Assembly (NCBI GenBank): GCA_963835575.1
Contig: CAWIGG010000004.1
Span: 798,532-862,531 of the forward strand
Source: an uncultured Spirochaetota bacterium
Lineage (GTDB): Bacteria > Spirochaetota > Brevinematia > Brevinematales > JAOACQ01
Reading direction: 5' to 3'
Length of the DNA: 64,000 nt
Below the pieces are notes generated by a model. That model saw only the letters and a list, made by a program, of their open reading frames with translations, did no database searches and was not told the DNA's origin. This document shows positions 30,653-38,301 of this stretch, piece by piece. The position numbers and the translations under genes were made by a program. Numbering within the stretch: position 1 is the first letter of the stretch; each line of letters opens with the position of its first letter.

Positions 30653-33028
30653 TTAAAATTCAAACCCTTTATTTTCAAATAAATTCAGGCAGGCATCGAC
30701 GACATTTGCATCATAAAGTATGCCTTTATTATTTTTTATTTCATCCAGGGCTTTTTTAATGCCGAGCGCCGGGCGGTAAGGCCGGTGGCTGGCCATCGCT
30801 TCCACAACATCAGCGACGTTCAGGATCCTGGCTTCAATATAAATTTCATCTCCGGAAATATTACGGGGATATCCTTTGCCGTTTATTCTTTCGTGGTGCT
30901 GATAAACTATTTCCGCGATAGGCCAGGGGAAATTGATGGGCTTTAAAATATCATACGCGATTTTAGGATGGACTTTAATCAGATTAAATTCCTCTTCGAG
31001 CAGCTGGCCGGGTTTATTCAGAATTTCCGCGGGGACATAAATTTTGCCGAGATCGTGGACCTGCGCCGACAGCCGGATGGCCTCGACCTGGTCCTTGGAC
31101 AGCTTCATCTCCTGGGCAATAGCTCTCGCGAGGCTGGCCACCCTGTGCTGATGACCGGCGGTATAAGGGTCCCTGGCCTCTACTGTCATGGCTAATGTCT
31201 GGATAAAGCCGCTCATAATCTGCCGGAGCTCATTCAGGCGCTGGTTCTGCTCCTTTAAATAGGTTTTCTGCAGTTTTACCTGATCAAACAGAATAAAGCT
31301 CTGCAGTTTTGTGCTGATAATCCTGCGGAGCTCGCCGTAAATTCTGCCTTTTACAGGCCCGAGCTCAAAAACGGCAATACCGAGCTGGTCATGATGGCTG
31401 AGCGTTTCAATGATGATGGAATAACGCCTGTCCAGAGGGAGCAGTCCTTCGGGAAGGAGTTTATAAGCAGGGAAACTCTTTGAATAATTTTTAATATTGA
31501 TGGGCAAATTGTCAATTATCCCCATATAAAGCCTGGCTTTTTCTGCTTTGCCGTCATACAGCGATATGTAGGCGTTCGGGATTCCCAGCTTCGGTATTAT
31601 TGATGATAGAATCTTCATAATGCTGTTTTCCTCATAAACATCCATGAGATCGCCGTTCAAGTTATGAAGAGTAATAAATTCGTCTATTGTTGAGTATTGG
31701 TTTTGCGCCTGCTCCACATTAAATTTTTCGCCTATCAATATTCTGACCAGATGAAAAAACGTATCGGCTTTATATAAATCTATTGCCGAATCATTAACGT
31801 GAAGCATTATCAGGCTGCGGAATTCGGTTACAAAGCGGTGTGGGGACATGATTTTATTGCTGTCGATATCGTAAATGAGATTATTCCACTGGAGAAGATA
31901 AGCCCTGCCGTCAATAGAGCCGTTTAAAAATTGACTGAAAAGACGGAGGGTCACGATTATCTTATTTTTTAAGGGGTTCGGAATCTTTACATTGAATTGA
32001 TCTATAAAATATTGAATGCATTCATCCATGTCTTTGAATTTAATGCTGCCCGGCAATTTCTCCTTATTATTGAAGCCATGTTCCATCATATGGGTTATTT
32101 CATTGGAAAAGCACCCGCATGATTCCCTGACGACCAATTGAGGCTTGAATAAAGTCTTGGCGGGGATCTGTTCTCCCCGGATCTGTTTTAAAAGGAGCTC
32201 AATTGCGATTGTTCCCTGTTCAATCAGCGACTGATTGACCGTAGTCAGAGGCGGAAAACTCTGGACGCTGATAAGGCTGTTGTCAAAGCCGCCGACGGCA
32301 ACTTCTGCAGGCACTTTAATGCCTCTGGCGGTCAGGGCCTTAATTGCTCCTGCCGCCATATCGTCATTGGCGGCTATTACGGCATCAAATTCGGCTTTTC
32401 TTTCATCCAGCAGAACCTTGACGGCTTCTTCACCCGAACTTATTGTAAAATCCCCGAAATAAATCAGCCGGTCATCCTTACTCATATGATGATTCTTAAG
32501 GGTATTGAGAAAAGCGTCCAGCCGTTCCTGGGCCTCCTGATTATTCAGGGGGCCGCTGATATAAGCTATTTTTTTAAAATTATGGCTTTTGATAAAATGC
32601 TCGGTCAGCAGCTTTATTCCTTCTTTATTATCTACAAAAAGAGACGGGATCCTGTCCAGCTCATAGGAAATGCTGATGATAGGAACCGGCAGAAACTTCT
32701 CAAAAAAAGCATTGACTGATGATGAATCGATAAAATGCCCCAGCGCGCCGGTCAGCATTATAATGCCGTCGAGTTTAAGATTCGGAATATAGCTGTATAT
32801 GATATTCCTGTTTGATTCATATTTACGGGTGGATCCTATCGCTCCGCCCTCGAAAATAATTAAATTGATGTCCTCTTCAACTGCTTTCTTCTGTATACTT
32901 TCCAGGAGACTTTGCTCTATGGGGTTATCAAGCCAGTCTGCCAGAAATGCTAATGTACAGCGTTTTTTTTCTTCCGGGTGAAGATTGGAGAAATTGTTTT
33001 GTTCCTTTCTAGCTCTTTTCATAGGCAT
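30653..33028 (-). CDS. cytoplasmic LacI-type periplasmic-binding-protein-fold sensor + helical/GAF-like middle region + HD-GYP output
   Basis: No signal peptide or TM segment. The PBP-fold block (..FDAVIAANDDMAAGAIKALTARGIKVPAEVAVGGFDN..PPLTTV) lacks an HTH. C-terminal HQHRV, VHDLGK, HHERINGKGYP. Paralogous to 54091..56409 over about 560 aa. Confidence 0.8.
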   Translation of the reverse strand: MPMKRARKEQNNFSNLHPEEKKRCTLAFLADWLDNPIEQSLLESIQKKAVEEDINLIIFEGGAIGSTRKYESNRNIIYSYIPNLKLDGIIMLTGALGHFIDSSSVNAFFEKFLPVPIISISYELDRIPSLFVDNKEGIKLLTEHFIKSHNFKKIAYISGPLNNQEAQERLDAFLNTLKNHHMSKDDRLIYFGDFTISSGEEAVKVLLDERKAEFDAVIAANDDMAAGAIKALTARGIKVPAEVAVGGFDNSLISVQSFPPLTTVNQSLIEQGTIAIELLLKQIRGEQIPAKTLFKPQLVVRESCGCFSNEITHMMEHGFNNKEKLPGSIKFKDMDECIQYFIDQFNVKIPNPLKNKIIVTLRLFSQFLNGSIDGRAYLLQWNNLIYDIDSNKIMSPHRFVTEFRSLIMLHVNDSAIDLYKADTFFHLVRILIGEKFNVEQAQNQYSTIDEFITLHNLNGDLMDVYEENSIMKILSSIIPKLGIPNAYISLYDGKAEKARLYMGIIDNLPINIKNYSKSFPAYKLLPEGLLPLDRRYSIIIETLSHHDQLGIAVFELGPVKGRIYGELRRIISTKLQSFILFDQVKLQKTYLKEQNQRLNELRQIMSGFIQTLAMTVEARDPYTAGHQHRVASLARAIAQEMKLSKDQVEAIRLSAQVHDLGKIYVPAEILNKPGQLLEEEFNLIKVHPKIAYDILKPINFPWPIAEIVYQHHERINGKGYPRNISGDEIYIEARILNVADVVEAMASHRPYRPALGIKKALDEIKNNKGILYDANVVDACLNLFENKGFEF

Positions 33029-33156
33029 AATAATACTCCGAACGGCGCTTTCGATTCATTCTATACCAAAAATATTAAAAGGGCAATAATAAATTTATAT
33101 TAATAAATTTATATTAATTCTTTGATTGAGCGGTTTTTTGCAGTACATTTTCTGTT

Positions 33157-34389
33157 TTAAATCTTAATTTTCCTGCGGACAGGGGGCTTTTTCGAAAAAG
33201 CGAAAGGAAGGCACAAGAGCCCGAATATGACCGCTCCCATAAGCTCCAGCCCGATAAGATACCTGGGAGAAGGCCCGAATATTTGAACAAACAGATCGAT
33301 CACTGAGCCGTTGGGCGGCTGATAACTGACAAAAAAATAATTTCCCGGTTCAAAGGGCGGCACAAATTTTAAAAGATAATTGATCACAAAAATAAGGCCT
33401 ACAGTAATATTGGTTATAATAAAGACCCTGATAAAAGATAGGATACCGATTCTTATACTGAATATGCGTATGATAAAAATACTGCTCAGGATAATTAAAC
33501 CATGGGAGATGAAAAAGGTAAAATACTTTATTTCCGGAAAACCATGCAGGCCGATATCCGGAGTGAGAACTGCCTGAACCGCGGCGCCCAGTCCCCAGAA
33601 ATAGATAAGCTCAGCCAGATACTGGCGCGTTTTTTCATTCCTTGTAAAAAGAGCGAAAGGTATTATCAGAATCGCCAGGCCGCACATATGAAACATCAAG
33701 CTGCCGGGAGGATTCCAGGCGCCGATTGCAGACCAGTACCAGTGGTAAAATATTTCGTTGGCGCAGAGAATAAAAGGCAGAAGGAAGGAAAAATAAGGCT
33801 GAAGATGCTTATTTCGGCCCTTTCCGAATAACAAAAATATAAGTACTGAGCATAATATTATCAATATAATGGCGGTGATATGAGGCGGGCTGAAAAACCG
33901 GAATTCCCGGTTTTTTGTCATTGGATCGATTTTTATTTGCCGCGGGGCTGTTTCATTCGTTATGCCTGTTCCTGCAGTCATCCTCGCAACGACTGTCCAA
34001 TCTTCGGTTTTTTTTGTTTCAGGAAGTATGATGTCGGATGAAAATGCCGCAAGATGAAATAGAATTGTCTGTCCATTGTATACTGTTGAACGTCTGGCAC
34101 CGAATGTCAGGCGCTTGCCGTCCGATACCCTTGTCAAAATGATATTCACTTCAACATCTTTTCCTTTTTCTATTGAATCTTTGTCCCAGGCAAGACCGGC
34201 CGCCTCAAATTGAAGGGGATATGAGCTGTTTACCACCGGACAGTGCAGTATGATCCGTGACTCCGCTCTAAAATTTAAAAAAAGAATAAAATCAGTTATA
34301 AAAATTGAAATGACAGCTGCGGAAAAAAAGATCAGTATGATCAAATTGGATTGAGTTTTTTTTTCTTTTTTAATGGTCTTTTTAGGCAT
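33157..34389 (-). CDS. YwaF/TP0381 (TIGR02206, TMEM164-like) integral membrane protein with an extra N-terminal TM + beta-rich domain, copy 1
   Basis: Motifs HMCGLAIL, YFWGLGAAVQAVLTPD, FFISHGLIIL. About 130-aa extracytoplasmic-looking N-terminal domain. Confidence 0.7.
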   Translation of the reverse strand: MPKKTIKKEKKTQSNLIILIFFSAAVISIFITDFILFLNFRAESRIILHCPVVNSSYPLQFEAAGLAWDKDSIEKGKDVEVNIILTRVSDGKRLTFGARRSTVYNGQTILFHLAAFSSDIILPETKKTEDWTVVARMTAGTGITNETAPRQIKIDPMTKNREFRFFSPPHITAIILIILCSVLIFLLFGKGRNKHLQPYFSFLLPFILCANEIFYHWYWSAIGAWNPPGSLMFHMCGLAILIIPFALFTRNEKTRQYLAELIYFWGLGAAVQAVLTPDIGLHGFPEIKYFTFFISHGLIILSSIFIIRIFSIRIGILSFIRVFIITNITVGLIFVINYLLKFVPPFEPGNYFFVSYQPPNGSVIDLFVQIFGPSPRYLIGLELMGAVIFGLLCLPFAFSKKPPVRRKIKI

Positions 34390-34401
34390 TTTTCCTCCAG
34401 G

Positions 34402-35670
34402 CTATTTTATGATTCTTTCATTCGCTTCAACAAGTTTTGTTTTCTTTATTCCCTGATTTACTGCCTTCTGTTTTGAAAATACAAACGGCAGGCACAAGAG
34501 CCCGAATATGACCGCTCCCAAAAGCTCAAGCCCGATAACATACCGGGGAGAAGGCCCGAAAATCTGAACAAGAAGATCAATTATTGAACCGTCGGGAGGA
34601 GGGTAACTGACGACAAAATAATTCCCGGGTTCAAAAGGAGAAATAAATTTAAGAAGATAATTTATAATAAACATAAAACCGATTGTAATATTGGTCAGGA
34701 TGATGACGCGGATATATGAAGTAAGGCGGATTTTAATATTGTAGACGAGAATAATAAAAATACTATTCAATATAATCAACCCATGTGATATGAAAAAGCA
34801 GAAAAACTTTAATTCAGGAAATCCATGTACGCTGATATCGGGTGTCAGGACAGCCTGGACAGCGCCGCCCAGTCCCCAGAAATAGATGAGTTCTGCAAGA
34901 TACTGCCTGAATTTTTCATTTCTTGTAAAATGCGCGAATGGAATTAACAGGATAGCCAAACCGCACATTTGAATCATAAGGGCAGAAGTTGTTGACCATC
35001 CTCCAATTGCGGCCCAGTACCAGTGATAGGGAATTTCACTTGCGAAAATTGAAAAAACGAGGAAATAAGAAAAATAGGGTCTCAGGTTTTTATTGCGGCT
35101 CTTTCCGAATAATGCAAAAAGGAATGCAGAGCTTAATATTATCATTAAAATGACTATAATATGCTGTATGGAAAACATACGGAATTCATGATTAGGCGTT
35201 ACCGGATTTACTGTAATAATGCGCGGGGCTGTTTCAAGGACCCGGCCCGATTGAGCAGTCATTTTTGCAGTAACGATCCATTTTTCTGCAGTCCGGGCTT
35301 CAGGCAAATTTATGGCGCTTGAAAAGGCGGCGAGCCTGAAAAGAATCTGCGGGCCGTTATGTACAGCGGACCTTTCGACCTTAAATACAAGGTTTTTCCC
35401 GTCTGATAACCGGGTCAAATTGATAGATATTTCAATATCTTTCCCTTTTTCTATGGAATCTTTGTCCCAGGCAAAACCGGCCGCCTTAAAATTAAGCGGG
35501 TAAGAGCTGTCAGCCACCGGGTAGTGCATTATGATCCGGGAATCTGCTTTAAAATTTAAAAAAATAAAGAGATCGGACACAAGAATTGTACAGATGGCCG
35601 CGATAGAAAGAAAAAGCATTATCAGATGAATTTTTGCCGGGTTTTCTTTTTTTTTAATATGCTCTTTCAA
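34402..35670 (-). CDS. YwaF/TP0381 (TMEM164-like) integral membrane protein, tandem paralog, copy 2
   Basis: Same motifs (QMCGLAIL, YFWGLGGAVQAVLTPD, FFISHGLIIL). Lies 12 nt from copy 1. The 3' ends are near-identical at DNA level. Confidence 0.7.
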   Translation of the reverse strand: MKEHIKKKENPAKIHLIMLFLSIAAICTILVSDLFIFLNFKADSRIIMHYPVADSSYPLNFKAAGFAWDKDSIEKGKDIEISINLTRLSDGKNLVFKVERSAVHNGPQILFRLAAFSSAINLPEARTAEKWIVTAKMTAQSGRVLETAPRIITVNPVTPNHEFRMFSIQHIIVILMIILSSAFLFALFGKSRNKNLRPYFSYFLVFSIFASEIPYHWYWAAIGGWSTTSALMIQMCGLAILLIPFAHFTRNEKFRQYLAELIYFWGLGGAVQAVLTPDISVHGFPELKFFCFFISHGLIILNSIFIILVYNIKIRLTSYIRVIILTNITIGFMFIINYLLKFISPFEPGNYFVVSYPPPDGSIIDLLVQIFGPSPRYVIGLELLGAVIFGLLCLPFVFSKQKAVNQGIKKTKLVEANERIIK

Positions 35671-35794
35671 TTTATTATTCCTTCGGATTTATTATCAAAA
35701 TAAATATTTAACATGCATCACCGGCAGATATTTTATCCAGCTGTATGGATTTTGGCAAAAAATAGGATGATTTTTTTATTGTTTTTTTTTATTT

Positions 35795-35822
35795 TGCTTT
35801 TTTAAAGACCTTTATGTATAAT
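35795..35822 (+). promoter_or_regulatory. candidate sigma70 promoter for the PilZ-domain gene
   Basis: TTGCTT, 16 nt, TATAAT, about 70 nt upstream of ATG-35892 in an AT-rich divergent region. Confidence 0.4.
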
Positions 35823-35891
35823 TTCCAGGTAAATATAATCTTTTCGAAAAAGTTACTAGTTAATTTTAATTATCGATAGGTATTGGAAACT

Positions 35892-37028
35892 ATGTCAACA
35901 AACAAAAAAATAACAACTAAGGCGGCGGAAATTCTTCTGGAAGATGATGGAATCATCAGAATTGCTGCCTTCGGTGAAATGCATTCTATAGAGGATGCCA
36001 AAGAAGTGACCGCTGCTGTCAGTCAAATCACCGGCAATAAAAGATATCCGGTCCTGATTGATTCGACAAACGTAAAAGATATGTCTCCGGAAGGCAGGGC
36101 GTATTACACTTCCGAGGAAGCGTTCATGTCCGTTTCCGCGATTGCCATTATGATCAAATCGGGGATCTCAAAGTTAATGACGAATTTTTTCATTGATATG
36201 AGCAGGCTGCCCGGACCGCCGAGAAAGCTTTTTGATGATGAAAATAAAGCTGTCCTGTGGCTTAAAAATTATATAGTTTCAGGCGCAGCTGTTACACGGG
36301 ATATGGATGAAATAAATATTTTAATATATGAACCGATCAGCCAGATGCAGAAGCCCATCGTTTATACGCTTATTAATAACGGGATAAAATGCTTGTGTCT
36401 TAAAGAAAAAAAAGAGATCATAAATAAATTACGATCAAAGAAATACAATGTTTTTATCTGCTCGATTGCACCGGGCACAAAGGATACCATTGATATTATT
36501 AAAGAGATCAAACAGATTGAAAGTTTGAATTTTATAAAAATCATTTTATGGTCGCCGCCTTCGTCCAAAGAATATTTTGAGGAAATGATCAAGCTTGGAA
36601 TAAAGGGTGTCATATTAAAGCCCTTTGTAAATGAAACATTCGAAAATAATTTATTCAAATTGTTATTCCAGGATAATTTAAAGCCTGACCGCCGCCAGAA
36701 TATAAGAGTGGAACCGGGTGATGATGATAGAATTATAGTTGCCATCCGGTCTTCCAGCACTCATAAAACAATTGTCGGAAAATTAAAATCCTTATCCATG
36801 AACGGCCTGGTTTTAGAATTAACCGAGAATATAAGTGAGGATGACTTGAAAGAAAACGATGAAATCACCAATAATAATATTAAGATAACGATTAATGATA
36901 ACGATATCAGCACAAACGGGCTGATCCATGCCAGGATACAGAATATTGTTGTGATCAGGTTCAGCGAAATGCAGGATTATTATAAGAATATGCTGAGTTC
37001 TTATATATACAAAAGGATTAATTTTTAA
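35892..37028 (+). CDS. three-domain protein: SpoIIAA/STAS-like N-terminal domain, pseudo-receiver, PilZ-like C-terminal domain
   Basis: The REC-like block has KPF but lacks the phospho-acceptor Asp (VFICSIAPG) and the acidic pocket (ILIYEP). PilZ motifs RRQNIR and SLSMNG. Confidence 0.6.
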   Translation: MSTNKKITTKAAEILLEDDGIIRIAAFGEMHSIEDAKEVTAAVSQITGNKRYPVLIDSTNVKDMSPEGRAYYTSEEAFMSVSAIAIMIKSGISKLMTNFFIDMSRLPGPPRKLFDDENKAVLWLKNYIVSGAAVTRDMDEINILIYEPISQMQKPIVYTLINNGIKCLCLKEKKEIINKLRSKKYNVFICSIAPGTKDTIDIIKEIKQIESLNFIKIILWSPPSSKEYFEEMIKLGIKGVILKPFVNETFENNLFKLLFQDNLKPDRRQNIRVEPGDDDRIIVAIRSSSTHKTIVGKLKSLSMNGLVLELTENISEDDLKENDEITNNNIKITINDNDISTNGLIHARIQNIVVIRFSEMQDYYKNMLSSYIYKRINF

Positions 37029-37059
37029 CTGACAGACTGGGAAAAACCATTCCCGGGCA

Positions 37060-38301
37060 TTATCCCGGCTTCCTGTTTGATCTCTGATACCACCGCGCCA
37101 TATCGATAAGAAGGGAAGGCAGGACAACGGCCGGAGAAACATTGTTGAACTTTATTTTTTGAGTGATGCGTCCGATCTCGAAAGCCAGCTCTTTCAGCTC
37201 GCCTGTATTGACATGAGGTATGATCGGATGGGCCATTTTCTTATAATCCTGATCGATAAAAGCTGACAGGTCAACCCCGCGCAGGTATTCCTGGCGCATA
37301 AGATGGACATTCCTCAGAAACTCGCCGAGTTCCGAGAAGAAATGCCGTGAAAGCTTGCTGTTTTCATCCGAGATAAGATTATCGATAAATGAAAAGACAG
37401 CATTGTTGAATTGAATACGGGGCGCTATTTCAGTAAAAAATTCCAGCACCTTTTTCTTTCTTTCCTCTTCAAAATGGAAAAAATCATCTTCCATAAGATC
37501 TGCTGTCGAATAATAATTTTTTTTAAAATCCATTCCGAAAATATCCTTCAGGACGGATGGGGAAAGCTGAATAAAATGAATAATCATACTTCTGGAGAGA
37601 ATTGTGGGGAGTATTCCGGCGCTTGAATTCGCTGTCAGGATGATGAGATTGCCGGCCGGGGGCTCTTCCAGAAGCTTGAGCGCGGCGTTCTGGGCTTCTT
37701 CCGCGGCGTTTTCGAAATTTCCTATAAGTGTTATCTTATGGCCTCCGCTGGTTTTCATGCTGTTGAACTCAATCGCGCTCCGTATGAAATCAATGGGTAT
37801 TCTCTGCTTTTTTGAAAGCTCATCGGATACGGCAATCAGGTTTTCGGAAAAAGAAGGGTTTGATTCAATAAGATCGTAATATTTTTGATTTATAATTATT
37901 TCATCCAGTTCATTTCTGAATTCCTGAATGGAAGAGGATTCTTTTCCCTGGGAGATCCTTTTAAGTTTAACATTGCCGATTTCACTCATTGAAATCGCTG
38001 TGGACAATCTTCCCAATAAATAACTTAAGTAAGAGGGCAGAATTGTTTTTATTGCTCCCTTTGAATAATTTTTCAGCATAAAACGGGATTTAATCGAATA
38101 ATTATCATTCCGGTAGAAAATAAAATCAGCAGAGGAAAACGGGTTTTTCAGGAGAATTTTTTCAGCCGTATCCACAGCGGCTGAAAATTTTCCGCAGCCC
38201 CGTTCCCCCAGGAAAATAAGGGTCCGGCCGAATGTATTTTCTTTCAACAGTTTTTGTATGACCGCTTCCGCTTGAGGCTGTCCTTTGATTAAGCTTTCCA
38301 T
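37060..38301 (-). CDS. holB: DNA polymerase III delta-prime (HolB)-like AAA+ clamp-loader subunit, long form
   Basis: TLIFLGERGCGK (degenerate P-loop), LKLLEEPP, SRSMII (SRC-like). The start overlaps the recJ stop as TAATG. Confidence 0.7.
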   Translation of the reverse strand: MESLIKGQPQAEAVIQKLLKENTFGRTLIFLGERGCGKFSAAVDTAEKILLKNPFSSADFIFYRNDNYSIKSRFMLKNYSKGAIKTILPSYLSYLLGRLSTAISMSEIGNVKLKRISQGKESSSIQEFRNELDEIIINQKYYDLIESNPSFSENLIAVSDELSKKQRIPIDFIRSAIEFNSMKTSGGHKITLIGNFENAAEEAQNAALKLLEEPPAGNLIILTANSSAGILPTILSRSMIIHFIQLSPSVLKDIFGMDFKKNYYSTADLMEDDFFHFEEERKKKVLEFFTEIAPRIQFNNAVFSFIDNLISDENSKLSRHFFSELGEFLRNVHLMRQEYLRGVDLSAFIDQDYKKMAHPIIPHVNTGELKELAFEIGRITQKIKFNNVSPAVVLPSLLIDMARWYQRSNRKPG

